DNA of 64,000 nucleotides from an uncultured virus (IMG/VR IMGVR_UViG_3300021376_000011) (Duplodnaviria > Heunggongvirae > Uroviricota > Caudoviricetes): the IMG/VR virus record IMGVR_UViG_3300021376_000011. One strand, given 5' to 3'. The translations under genes and the position numbers were made by a program. Each line of letters opens with the position of its first letter. Within the stretch, counting starts at the first letter, position 1. The notes beneath the pieces were generated by a model. The model was given only the letters and a program-made list of their open reading frames with translations. It was not told where the DNA came from and ran no database searches. Shown in pieces: positions 43,494 to 52,956 of the stretch.

Positions 43494-45455
43494 TTAATTA
43501 AATTGAGGTGGCAAGGTAAAAGATGTGTAATCTAATTGTGAAGGTGTAACCGTTTGACGCATTTCATTTACCACTGATGGACTTTTATACATTTCCCGAA
43601 CAACCGCATCCAAAACAGGACCATTTGTTTTAAAGTTATGTTCGTGTTTATAATTAACCACTGCGGCCGTTTGATTTGAGTTTTGATTATTGGTATTACC
43701 TTTTAATTTATTTTCCAAATCAGATTCACTTACACCCATACTTTTAGCAACCAAAGCTTTAGCGGGTGCAACTGCTTCACTAACCATCTTAGAAAATAAC
43801 TCTTCGTCCGTTTTTTGTAACCCACCTAAACTTGTTTTTTCTTTTAAATTTTCAGATAACTCTAACCCTTCAATGTATTTGTCAAATTCAGCTAAAGGTT
43901 GTCTTATTGTCGCGGCCGCTTGTACCTTAGCAACTGTTAATAATGCACTTATGTCTTTTTGCATATTTTGGGTTGCGGTATATTGGTCTCTTGCAATATC
44001 TTCAACAGACATATCTTCAAAAGCTTTTTGGTTCTCTAATAAACCTTTTGCAATTGTTGGACTTAATTCATCTAATGCAACTTTAGTATCCTGCAATCCT
44101 AATTCTTTTGCCAAGGATTGAGGGATGTCAATAACCATTCTACCACCCTCCATTTTAGAGATGTTGGTTAAGAACTCTTTTTCTTTTTCGTCAATTTGTA
44201 GACCTGATGATAACAACGCGGTTGCTGCTGACGACCTTTCCGCAGCTTTGATTGCGGTTTTAGACATCTCTTCCATACTCATACCCATTTGGTCCGCTAA
44301 TGCTTTAGATTTTCTAAGATTAGCTCCTGTGATTTCAAACCTACCTAATTCAGTATTATATGTGGCTAATGAACCTGCAACACCTATCATAGCATCTTGT
44401 AATCCACCAGCATCGTTGGTCGCCATATACATTAATTTTAATGGGTCATTAAAGTCACCAATAGCGCCTCCTATAGCTTGTAATTCAGCAGATAACGCAA
44501 TTGCTTGGTCCGGGTCAAAAAGTTTTTCCGCCATTGTTTTAACCTTTTCAATATTCATATTAAATTCAATAGACTTCTGAACCATTCTGGTTAATCCCTC
44601 AACACCATTTTTAAATCCAATGGTATTTAATTTGTCCATATTAGCACCAACATCCGCCACTACTTTTCTTGCATTTAAACCAAGAGTTAATGAACTTTTA
44701 CCCGCTTTGTCAATTTCTTTGATTGCATCTTTTGCACCAATACCTATTTTGTCAAAACTATCTAACGCGGCACCCAATCTATATAAATCACCATAAAATG
44801 CTCTTGCTGTTTTTTGAGATTCTTGTAAAACATCTTTACCGAATGTTGTCATCTTACCAGTTTGTTCAACCATTTGTACTGAATAATCTTTCACATCCTC
44901 AAAACTAAATCCCATGGCGGTTGCGGCTGGTAATGTTTCAAATATATTGTTTCTAAATTGTCTCGATAATTCACCGGTTAAACCAAGTTCAGAATTAATT
45001 TTATTTCTTAATTCCACTTCTTGTTTTTGTATTTTTTCCAATTCTTTACCGAGAAAAGACACCATTTCACTAGTTCCTTTAACACCTAATTGAACCATAA
45101 AATCAGGTAGATTTTTTGATTCTCTCGCTATTTTACCTATTGTTTCAGATATGGTGCTAAATTGAAATACAGTATCTTTTTGTAATGATAATGATGAAAC
45201 AGGATTTGAATACCCTAAGTCCGCAATGTCTTGTGTTTTTAGTAAGTCGGTTGCATAAGACGCTGTTTTACTACCCGCACCTCCTGTGTTCCCTCCGCTT
45301 GATGGTTCTTTTTGGTTATAAAATGACCAATAATCATCTACTTTACCCATTAAAGAACTATTATTCTGTACTGATTGCAATTTTAAGAACTCGTTTTTGA
45401 ATTGAGTATAATTTAAACCTGCTCTTAGTTTGGATACCTCTTCATTAATTGTCAT
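43494..45455 (-). CDS. Tape-measure-like protein (653 aa)
   Basis: Ala/Leu/Met-rich helical composition; canonical position after tube and chaperone genes. Confidence 0.6.
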   Translation of the reverse strand: MTINEEVSKLRAGLNYTQFKNEFLKLQSVQNNSSLMGKVDDYWSFYNQKEPSSGGNTGGAGSKTASYATDLLKTQDIADLGYSNPVSSLSLQKDTVFQFSTISETIGKIARESKNLPDFMVQLGVKGTSEMVSFLGKELEKIQKQEVELRNKINSELGLTGELSRQFRNNIFETLPAATAMGFSFEDVKDYSVQMVEQTGKMTTFGKDVLQESQKTARAFYGDLYRLGAALDSFDKIGIGAKDAIKEIDKAGKSSLTLGLNARKVVADVGANMDKLNTIGFKNGVEGLTRMVQKSIEFNMNIEKVKTMAEKLFDPDQAIALSAELQAIGGAIGDFNDPLKLMYMATNDAGGLQDAMIGVAGSLATYNTELGRFEITGANLRKSKALADQMGMSMEEMSKTAIKAAERSSAATALLSSGLQIDEKEKEFLTNISKMEGGRMVIDIPQSLAKELGLQDTKVALDELSPTIAKGLLENQKAFEDMSVEDIARDQYTATQNMQKDISALLTVAKVQAAATIRQPLAEFDKYIEGLELSENLKEKTSLGGLQKTDEELFSKMVSEAVAPAKALVAKSMGVSESDLENKLKGNTNNQNSNQTAAVVNYKHEHNFKTNGPVLDAVVREMYKSPSVVNEMRQTVTPSQLDYTSFTLPPQFN

Positions 45456-45466
45456 ATCTATAAATA

Positions 45467-45610
45467 TTATTTAGGAGCGTTTTCTAATTCAATAATATAC
45501 TCCACGTAATATCTACGTATGAAAACGGGCATGGTGATAATATCACCATAACTAAAACCTCTTTTGATTAAAAATAAAATTTCATCTAACTGTCCTTTCT
45601 TATAAGCCAT
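45467..45610 (-). CDS. Small tail/hub assembly protein (T4 gp51-like, 47 aa from the ATG at 45610, or a frameshift extension of the upstream gene)
   Basis: GFSYGDIITMPVFIRRYYVEY resembles the gp51/GT-type motif; overlaps the end of the upstream gene in the +1 frame. Confidence 0.65.
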   Translation of the reverse strand: MAYKKGQLDEILFLIKRGFSYGDIITMPVFIRRYYVEYIIELENAPK

Positions 45611-46349
45611 AGAAAGGGCGAAAAAACTCAACCCCGAACCCAATTTCAACTTGGGTGTCTTCTCCTGACGGGGTTTTTACTGTTTTTGTTAAATCTAATC
45701 CTGGTTTATTTTCTTTTACAAATTTTTTGAAATCTTGGGAATCTTTGATTGGTAATCTTTCCACAAAATTGTGAATATTCATCATATCCTTGTTTCCTGC
45801 AACAGATTTAATCATCATTTCTAATTGTTTTGTCACGATAGGTGCAACACCTTGACCGTTCCAACTTCTTTTTAAATCATCAAGTTCTTTTTCTTGTTTT
45901 GGTGTTAAAAATTTAAATGTAATTTGAACTTTTGATTTTTCCATAAAATATGGGTATTCACCATTCGAATCGCATTCTAAATTAAAATCTTTGAATTTTA
46001 ATTCACTCATATCAACAGATACTTCAAATTCCTTTTCGGTTTTAGGGTCTGTTAAATAGAATTTATATTCAGGACCGAAAGCGGTGTTTCTTAAAAATAT
46101 TAATACCGCTTGTCTATCTTCTTCAACAATATCTTCAATTTGAATATCTCTATCCAAAATTTTTCTTTTTAATAATTCATCTATTACACCATTCGAGGCA
46201 ATAAGATTTTGAGCTGATAATATATTTTCATCGGCGGCTGTTAAATACGCAACCTTGAGTGATTTCTTTTTATTTTGATAGTGTATACCTCTTGAGGGTA
46301 GTTCAACAACATCATATGCAATTGTTGGGTCAACTCTAAATTCTTCCAT
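45600..46349 (-). CDS. Tail/baseplate hub assembly chaperone (T4 gp26-like)
   Basis: VELPSRG...VAYLTAADENIL...DRQAVLIFLRNTAFGPEY...EFFRP; lies between tube and tape-measure-like genes. Confidence 0.75.
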   Translation of the reverse strand: MEEFRVDPTIAYDVVELPSRGIHYQNKKKSLKVAYLTAADENILSAQNLIASNGVIDELLKRKILDRDIQIEDIVEEDRQAVLIFLRNTAFGPEYKFYLTDPKTEKEFEVSVDMSELKFKDFNLECDSNGEYPYFMEKSKVQITFKFLTPKQEKELDDLKRSWNGQGVAPIVTKQLEMMIKSVAGNKDMMNIHNFVERLPIKDSQDFKKFVKENKPGLDLTKTVKTPSGEDTQVEIGFGVEFFRPFYGL

Positions 46350-46398
46350 ATTTTTTATTTTATAACTAGTATAGTTTACGAAAACTTTTAAAAAAAGT

Positions 46399-46423
46399 AA
46401 AGGTCTCCTTTTGAGAGACCTTT
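46399..46423 (-). terminator. Rho-independent terminator after tail tube
   Basis: AAAGGTCTC-N7-GAGACCTTT followed by ACTTTTTTT on the minus strand. Confidence 0.8.
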
Positions 46424-46448
46424 TATTGACAGATTTTTTATTATTTGA

Positions 46449-46937
46449 TTAGTAAACTAAAATACATCTATCCATTCTTAACGAACATGTGATAGATGCA
46501 ATATCATCTCTTGAATAATCAAGTTCGTTAAAGTTTAAGTCGGTTATGAAAGAACCTTGAAGTATCCATTTTTCAACCACAACCCCCGTTGGGTCTAACA
46601 TCTCTAATTCAATATCCTTTTTATAACCAGCTGCGTAACCCATACGACCTGTTACTGATTCGGCGTGTAGACGGAACCATTCCATCAACGCTTGTGACGC
46701 TGAAGGACCAATTGGGTCTTTGAAGGTTACTCTTATTTCACTCCATTCAAATCTACCAGCAACATATGTTGAGGTGTTTATAAAAGGAATTGCAACTGAA
46801 TTTATTTTTGCGCTTGGTCTTGCACTTGATGTTACATACCATTCATTTATTCCTAATGATGAAGGAAATCTAAGTATGAATCGGTTAACTCTTTTCGGTT
46901 CGTAAGGAACCGGCATTTTCATTAATAAATCTGCCAT
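46449..46937 (-). CDS. Tail tube protein (T4 gp19-like)
   Basis: EPKRVNRF, YVAGRFEW, YKKDIELEMLDPTG and LDYS motifs; directly downstream of the sheath gene. Confidence 0.92.
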   Translation of the reverse strand: MADLLMKMPVPYEPKRVNRFILRFPSSLGINEWYVTSSARPSAKINSVAIPFINTSTYVAGRFEWSEIRVTFKDPIGPSASQALMEWFRLHAESVTGRMGYAAGYKKDIELEMLDPTGVVVEKWILQGSFITDLNFNELDYSRDDIASITCSLRMDRCILVY

Positions 46938-47031
46938 GTCAATATTTGTTTTTTATTTTTTTTATTTTTAATCTTTCTTATAAATATGTTGTATATGAAA
47001 AAACAAAAAAAATCTTCTCAATACTTGATTT

Positions 47032-47054
47032 TGTGAAAATTATTTCGTATTTTT
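47032..47054 (+). promoter_or_regulatory. Promoter-like box TGTGA-N6-TTTCGTAT pointing into the CTAG array
   Basis: The same bipartite motif with the same spacing lies upstream of the DNA polymerase gene (59975-59993, minus strand). Confidence 0.5.
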
Positions 47055-47059
47055 TCCAT

Positions 47060-47177
47060 ACTAGTACTAGATGCTAGTAAATTAAGAACTAGATTAAAGA
47101 AACTAGAATAACTAGAAAGAAATAAACTAGATAAAAATAAACTAGAACTAGAACTAGAATACTGGTGCATATACTGG
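47060..47177. repeat. Non-coding array of (A)CTAG motifs, candidate origin iterons
   Basis: CTAG at 47061, 47067, 47074, 47089, 47103, 47112, 47127, 47142, 47148 and 47154, then CTGG at 47162 and 47174, in A-rich spacers. Confidence 0.85.
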
Positions 47178-47237
47178 GTAATTTATAATTTTATTTTTTT
47201 TATATTTAGTAGTTCCGTAGGTCACACTATATTATAA

Positions 47238-47253
47238 TGTTCCACGTGGAACA
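47238..47253. promoter_or_regulatory. parS: parS-type centromere palindrome TGTTCCACGTGGAACA
   Basis: Perfect 16-bp palindrome (18 bp with flanks, 47237-47254); one base from the chromosomal Spo0J/ParB consensus TGTTNCACGTGAAACA; intergenic. Confidence 0.8.
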
Positions 47254-47260
47254 TAAAATA

Positions 47261-47278
47261 GGGAGGGTTTCCCCTCCC
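47261..47278. terminator. Terminator after tail sheath, plausibly bidirectional
   Basis: GGGAGGG-GAAA-CCCTCCC on the minus strand with T-rich tails in both orientations. Confidence 0.85.
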
Positions 47279-47285
47279 CTTTTTA

Positions 47286-50141
47286 TTAGATATCATCAAA
47301 TGATGCTCCTGTTGGTGTAATTATGAACTCAACATCTATGAATTCTAGAGCTCTTGTTGGTTTGATATAAATCTTACCTCTCAAAGTATTAGAGTCAATG
47401 TCTTCTGGGTCGTTGGAAACCGTAACACGGAATTCATATAAACCCCTTTCCCTTTTAATTGCATCTAATATTGGGTTAACCAATCTCAAGAATTCATTAC
47501 GAACTTGTTCGTCATTTTGTTCGAATAACAATCTTACCGCTACTGCCGAAATTAATTTTCTAGCCCTTAACAATAATCTTCTTACGTTAATTCTATCCAA
47601 CGCCGATTCACGAATTTGAAGGGTTTTGTTACCCCATATAATTGTGCCGGTATCTGCGTATGTTGCTATTGGGTTAATTCTAGCTTTGTATAGGTCATCT
47701 CTTTCATCTAAAGTTAATTTCTTAACCGCTTTAATTGAATTTACTAATCCTCTTGAATAACCCGCTACCGCAAACCAAGGGAAAGATACGTTATCGGTTA
47801 ACGCAATATTTCTTAAAACTTCACCAGTTGGTGGTAGATATATTTGTACGGCGTTGTCTACGTCTCTAACTTGAATCCAAGGCCAATAAACAGCTGAATA
47901 ATTACTATCAATCGACACACCGTCCAAAGCGTCTATTACTTCATCCGCAGTACTGTAGTTTGGTGGTGAAATTACGTAAAGAGAATCCGCTCTATCGTCT
48001 TCAATCATATCAATTGCATATGACGTTAAAGAACTATTGTCATAGAAGTTAATACCCGGTGTTGCAAAAATGTTTATATCAACTGATTCAGGATTTGAGA
48101 AGGTGTCAATACCTTGGGCGTAAGCGTAGTAATCAGAGTTTCCCGATACCGTGCTAAACACGCCTCCATTATTGGTATTACCACTTGTGTAAGTGTTTTT
48201 ACCAAAGATGAATCCATCACCGTAGGTTCTCACATTTCTATAGATATCCCAACCATCAAATCCTCCAGCAGCGGTAAAAGTGAACTTACGATAATTGATG
48301 TTTGTCAATACGTTACTAACTCCACCTGTTTGACCCTCTAAATCATACGATGTAGTTAAGAAAGTTGTTCCTGTGATTGTAGACGCGTTTGTTGATAAGT
48401 GGAAACCCTTAGTCGTACCAGCCGCTGAAGTTCCTTTGAATTTAAATAAGTCCCTATCGTATGTTACTTTATTGGTTGGACTTGATAAACCAAAGTATGT
48501 TTTTCTCACTTTATCACCTGAAGATAAAACCGGTGTTCCATCTGCGAGATAAGATTCGGTATCACCAGCATTAAAGAATGTAGTTTTGTAAATCACAGAA
48601 CCCAAAGTGTCTGAACCGAAAGTACTGTTATTCGGGAATCCTTTAAATCCGGCGGGATATGCGTCAACGGGGTGATTATCAGACATTAACAGCATAATGT
48701 ATTTTGAACGTATTTCATATTCACCATCGGATGTACCAACCTTTTTAGCCACATAATTAGGTAAATCTGGATTCATACTACATCTACTAAATTTTTCAAG
48801 TACGACAATATTATTGTCTGTATCGTTAAAATCTCTAACAATTAAGTCAAAGTCACCCGTGTCTATATTGATATTAATAATAGAAATTTTTACCTCAAAG
48901 TTCGCTGCGTCCCCGTCTGATATTGTAATTACATCAAATAAATCATTGACTTCACCACCTCTTACTTCAGAAACAACAGTTGGTGATATTGGAGTATCAT
49001 AAGACGTTTTAAAGTCATTACCAACAGTTTCATAAGATTCTGTTAAGCTTAAACCTCTAATATATCCTTCTTCATAAGCTCTTAACAAATAATTTGGATA
49101 AGCTTCAAATACATAAATAGGAACGTCACCTTTTAATTTGTCATAAACATCTGTACCAAATACTTTTGTTACATATTTTGATGACGACGCATCCATACTA
49201 CAAGTAAATGATTTTGCTCCGCTCGTTGAACCTGTAATATTCACTGTAAATTCAGCTAAAGGATTTGTAGTAATTCCTGAACCTGTCACAATGAAATTAG
49301 CATTCCCCGTGGACTCTAAGTTTAAAGTTTGTTGGCTGTAAGAGCCTCTTGGTCTGAACGCTAAAACAACCTGATTATTATATGCCGTATTGAGTGTTGC
49401 GTTGTAGGTGAACTTAGTCACATCAAATCTACTTGCACCACTGTTGTATACAAATAAGTAAGAATACACTTCAGAACCCGCGGAATTTACTAAAACATTA
49501 TACCATTCCTTATTGTTATTATTATTTGCGTTATTTAAACCTGTTAGAGGAGAAAGTTCTTCAAGTGATGCGGTTTGACCAGAGGTTTGTGAAGTTGGTA
49601 CTTCACCCATAACAAACCACTCTCCATGATTAGATGATGTGTTACCACTAAAGTTTGCCACAATATAATCTGTAATATAATTTCCATCTACAGATATTTT
49701 ATCTGATAGTTCACTATAAATCGTACTTGCCGTGATTGTTGTGGTCTGTGCTGACATTGTTAAACCCGTGGTTGTACCACTAAGCGATTCCAATATAACA
49801 CCAGCAATTGTCTTAACCCCGTAAGTTTTAACAGGTAAGTAACCCGTTAAACCCAATATTTTTGTTACAAATAATTGGTTTGATTCTTCTAAATAAGATT
49901 TTGCAAAATAAGGTAATTCATATTTTGGGTTATTGTTGTTGTCTTTTAAGGGACTTGTTCCTCCAAAATATGACTTGAATTCGTCAAAATTAGTTATTAA
50001 TAAAGGTTCAAAAGCGGGACCCTTTAAGGTTTCACCCACCAAACCTAATGTGCTGACACCAACACTTTGTGCCACGAATGTTAAGTCTTTTTCGGATGTG
50101 TATACACCCGGAGATACAAAAACTCTATTTGAATTTGCCAT
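47286..50141 (-). CDS. Tail sheath protein (T4 gp18-like, 951 aa)
   Basis: FVSPGVYTSEKD, GETLKGPAFEP, PWFAVAGYSRG, WGNKTLQ, DRINVRRLL and IKPTRALEFI motifs. Confidence 0.97.
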   Translation of the reverse strand: MANSNRVFVSPGVYTSEKDLTFVAQSVGVSTLGLVGETLKGPAFEPLLITNFDEFKSYFGGTSPLKDNNNNPKYELPYFAKSYLEESNQLFVTKILGLTGYLPVKTYGVKTIAGVILESLSGTTTGLTMSAQTTTITASTIYSELSDKISVDGNYITDYIVANFSGNTSSNHGEWFVMGEVPTSQTSGQTASLEELSPLTGLNNANNNNNKEWYNVLVNSAGSEVYSYLFVYNSGASRFDVTKFTYNATLNTAYNNQVVLAFRPRGSYSQQTLNLESTGNANFIVTGSGITTNPLAEFTVNITGSTSGAKSFTCSMDASSSKYVTKVFGTDVYDKLKGDVPIYVFEAYPNYLLRAYEEGYIRGLSLTESYETVGNDFKTSYDTPISPTVVSEVRGGEVNDLFDVITISDGDAANFEVKISIININIDTGDFDLIVRDFNDTDNNIVVLEKFSRCSMNPDLPNYVAKKVGTSDGEYEIRSKYIMLLMSDNHPVDAYPAGFKGFPNNSTFGSDTLGSVIYKTTFFNAGDTESYLADGTPVLSSGDKVRKTYFGLSSPTNKVTYDRDLFKFKGTSAAGTTKGFHLSTNASTITGTTFLTTSYDLEGQTGGVSNVLTNINYRKFTFTAAGGFDGWDIYRNVRTYGDGFIFGKNTYTSGNTNNGGVFSTVSGNSDYYAYAQGIDTFSNPESVDINIFATPGINFYDNSSLTSYAIDMIEDDRADSLYVISPPNYSTADEVIDALDGVSIDSNYSAVYWPWIQVRDVDNAVQIYLPPTGEVLRNIALTDNVSFPWFAVAGYSRGLVNSIKAVKKLTLDERDDLYKARINPIATYADTGTIIWGNKTLQIRESALDRINVRRLLLRARKLISAVAVRLLFEQNDEQVRNEFLRLVNPILDAIKRERGLYEFRVTVSNDPEDIDSNTLRGKIYIKPTRALEFIDVEFIITPTGASFDDI

Positions 50142-50278
50142 TTTTAAATTGTTTGGTTAATTAATTTTATTTCTTTATCAATAAATATCTTTGTTTTTAG
50201 CAAAGATTCCCTTGATTTTTTTAAAAATGGTACTTATGGATACTAATTTATACTTTAATATCTATATTTATCTTTATC

Positions 50279-50455
50279 ATGAAAAACTCCTCGAAAAATA
50301 TAAAGGTTAGTGAAAATCATCATAAAATGTTAAAAGAACATTGCGATAAAAATGGATTAAAAATTTACAAGGTTGTTCAAAAATGGATTGATGAGTTTTG
50401 TAAAACAGGAAAGGTGAATGATTCACCTAAGAAAAAAGACCTATACGGGGATTAA
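50279..50455 (+). CDS. Small ribbon-helix-helix-like DNA-binding protein (58 aa; not in the ORF track)
   Basis: MKNSSKNIKVSENHHKMLKEHCDKNGLKIYKVVQKWIDEFCK...: strand-helix-Gly-helix pattern; TATTTAT at 50265-50271 upstream. Confidence 0.65.
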   Translation: MKNSSKNIKVSENHHKMLKEHCDKNGLKIYKVVQKWIDEFCKTGKVNDSPKKKDLYGD

Positions 50456-50465
50456 TTGAATATTA

Positions 50466-52388
50466 TTAAGCACCATTTGTTGAAGACGGTGTTGGAGTAA
50501 CAGATGGTGTAGGAGTAACACTTGGAGTAACAGATGGTGTTATCGATGCACTTACTGATGGGGTAAGAGAACTTGTTGGGGTCACAGATGGCGTTGGGGA
50601 TGGTGGGGTGACTAAATCAATTTGCAACGTATCATTATCACCGATACTTTGAGTTAAAATATATGTTTCAGTGTTCGGTGCATTACCGGTATATCCACTT
50701 ATTAGGTGACCATTTTCATAAACACGTAGAACATATCCGGTTCCACCAGTAATCGAGACAAACAAAAAATCACCAGCAACGCTTGAATTAATAAACGCGT
50801 TTTGACTTACCCCATATAAAATAGGAAATTCAAAGTTCCACATAGCCGAAAAACTACTACCAAAAGATGATATTACAGAACCATTAGTATTAGTATTTGT
50901 AAACAATAAATTTCTGAAAGGCGTGGGTGTTGGTGTTAATGTTGGAGTTGGGGTTGGGGTTAATGATGGAGTTAATGATGGTGTTGGTGTTATTGATGGT
51001 GTAATAGAAGGGGTAATTGTTGGTGTAACAGATGGTGTCATGGATGGTGTGGTAGATGGCGTTATCGACGGTGTGACTGAACTAGTTTGAGTTACAGAAG
51101 GTGTAATTGATGGTGTTGGTGTTATCGACGAACTTACTGATGGGGTAATAGAACTTGTTGGGGTTACTGACGGAGTTAATGATGGTGTTGGTGTTATCGA
51201 CGAACTTACTGATGGGGTAATAGAACTTGTTGGGGTTACTGACGGAGTTAATGATGGTGTTGGTGTCGGTGTTGGAGGTATCGTAAAAGTTGATTGGGTG
51301 ATTACATCGTACCTATATTTTGTTTTTCCAATTGTATCGACTTCAATGGAACCAAAAGTGTTTGTTTGTGTTAAATTACTAAATGTACCATCAATAGTAT
51401 ATTGAGTGGTTCCACTATATTGATTTGATTCAATAAAAATTTTCACTGGTATACTTATAGAACTACCAGTAACCGTCGATAACGTATCTGTAAAAGATAT
51501 TTCAACGGTTTTATCCACTTTTTTAGTTGATGTTGCAGTGTATTGTGCAATGATTGAACCACTTGAGTAATTTGATGATATAGTTATTATATTTTCAGAT
51601 TTATCGATTGATGGTATACTTCTTAAATCAGGTTCAATCATCGTTATACTTCTATTTACCGCTGGTGAAACTTCGAACTCCTCATCATCAATTAGAAACC
51701 CTAACATTGTAAATCCATAATTTTGAACGTAGAATCTTCTACCATCCAAGGTGTCCATTGGGGTATTATCTTCAATTCTATCTAACACGATTGGAATGTA
51801 GTGTCCTTTCACTCGGGTGTATCCCTGACGAGACGAAAACTTTTGTAAAACCTTTTGATTGAATTTATTTATGTCTCTAAATTTTGTACAGACAATTGTT
51901 ACATCAAAACTAATGTCAACCGCAATTGGTTGAGGGATTTTATAGATATCAGCACCCATTTGGTTTCCATCCCAAGTTGGAACCGAAGCGTAAAAGAAAT
52001 CTCTTCTATCAGGGATGGTTCTTTGAATTGATGGATTAGTACCTAATTGAACTTCAGGTTTTCTTACAACCGCGATAAACGGTAATTTAATATTTCCATC
52101 TTCATCACTAAAAGACCAATTATTGGTGTATTCACCCCACCTTTGAATTGTTAAAATTTTTGGAATCATAGGTATTTGGTCACCATCGGAAATTACTTTG
52201 AAATTTTCTTTCACAAATTCCAACATACCTAAATCAAGGTCGTCATGTAATATTGAATCAGGAAGGAATGTGTCAGATTTTATAATTTCTTCTAACAATT
52301 CTTTTCTTCTACCCATTATTGCAGGACCATCGGCGTTTTGGTTTGCGCCATATACTTTAATATCTTTTTTTCTTTTTGGTAATCCCAT
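50466..52388 (-). CDS. Tail completion / sheath terminator-like protein (T4 gp15-like) with TPS-repeat extensions
   Basis: [22 protein letters not shown] and [14 protein letters not shown] motifs; lies between head-completion and sheath genes. Confidence 0.65.
   Translation of the reverse strand: MGLPKRKKDIKVYGANQNADGPAIMGRRKELLEEIIKSDTFLPDSILHDDLDLGMLEFVKENFKVISDGDQIPMIPKILTIQRWGEYTNNWSFSDEDGNIKLPFIAVVRKPEVQLGTNPSIQRTIPDRRDFFYASVPTWDGNQMGADIYKIPQPIAVDISFDVTIVCTKFRDINKFNQKVLQKFSSRQGYTRVKGHYIPIVLDRIEDNTPMDTLDGRRFYVQNYGFTMLGFLIDDEEFEVSPAVNRSITMIEPDLRSIPSIDKSENIITISSNYSSGSIIAQYTATSTKKVDKTVEISFTDTLSTVTGSSISIPVKIFIESNQYSGTTQYTIDGTFSNLTQTNTFGSIEVDTIGKTKYRYDVITQSTFTIPPTPTPTPSLTPSVTPTSSITPSVSSSITPTPSLTPSVTPTSSITPSVSSSITPTPSITPSVTQTSSVTPSITPSTTPSMTPSVTPTITPSITPSITPTPSLTPSLTPTPTPTLTPTPTPFRNLLFTNTNTNGSVISSFGSSFSAMWNFEFPILYGVSQNAFINSSVAGDFLFVSITGGTGYVLRVYENGHLISGYTGNAPNTETYILTQSIGDNDTLQIDLVTPPSPTPSVTPTSSLTPSVSASITPSVTPSVTPTPSVTPTPSSTNGA
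51109..51266. repeat. Exact 72-bp tandem duplication (24 aa) within the TPS tract
   Basis: 51109-51180 is identical to 51181-51252, followed by a partial third copy. Confidence 0.9.
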
Positions 52389-52390
52389 AA

Positions 52391-52903
52391 TTAAATTCCT
52401 CTAAATTCAGATTCTTGGGCTATCGCACAAGTGATGGTTCTATAATGAGGTCTGAAACCAAACATATTATGTTTATTATCTGAAGTAACCTTTCCATCGT
52501 TTACTACCGTATAGTATCTAATTCTTTCTTCTGATTCGGGATATCCAATAAAGTCACCATATCTAATATCAATATCCATTTCTTCAAGATGTTTGATGTA
52601 TACGGATACTGTCATATTACCAGGTTCCAAATATCTATTTACACCTTTAGTGTATGAATTATTTTTAGGTTCTTCAATTTTAACCAATCCAAAAAATTCA
52701 GTAGGTGGTAAAAATTTAATTTGGTCTTTACCCACCTCACCATAAACATCATCTGTGTCGGTTTTTTGTCTATCTACCCTAAATAGAACTAATTTCATAC
52801 CCAAATCACCATGCAAATATTCTTCACCTAACTGAACATTTAAATCAAAATCAGTTTCAGAAAAGAACTTACTTAGCCTGGTTATTGGTAGTTTATTTTT
52901 CAT
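52391..52903 (-). CDS. Head completion / neck protein (T4 gp14-like)
   Basis: DDVYGE motif and GDFIGY; position next to the tail completion gene. Confidence 0.6.
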   Translation of the reverse strand: MKNKLPITRLSKFFSETDFDLNVQLGEEYLHGDLGMKLVLFRVDRQKTDTDDVYGEVGKDQIKFLPPTEFFGLVKIEEPKNNSYTKGVNRYLEPGNMTVSVYIKHLEEMDIDIRYGDFIGYPESEERIRYYTVVNDGKVTSDNKHNMFGFRPHYRTITCAIAQESEFRGI

Positions 52904-52956
52904 TTCTTATAAATAGTTCATTTATTGATTCTATTTTAGTATATTTAATTTATTGT

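Noticed and set aside
47032..47050. CRP/FNR site suggested by TGTGA-N6
   Set aside because: The second half-site TCACA is absent both here and at 59975-59993.
9349..50160. Numerous 60-150 aa ORFs nested in or antisense to long genes (for example 10836, 27854, 30154, 31652, 34986, 43690, 44125, and same-strand 12720, 32653, 41734, 42190)
   Set aside because: They lie wholly or largely within well-supported genes and show no recognisable motifs or expression signals.
52885..52956. N-terminal extension of the SNF2 ORF
   Set aside because: It overlaps the divergent gene start and its promoter motif; the ATG at 52957 is preferred.
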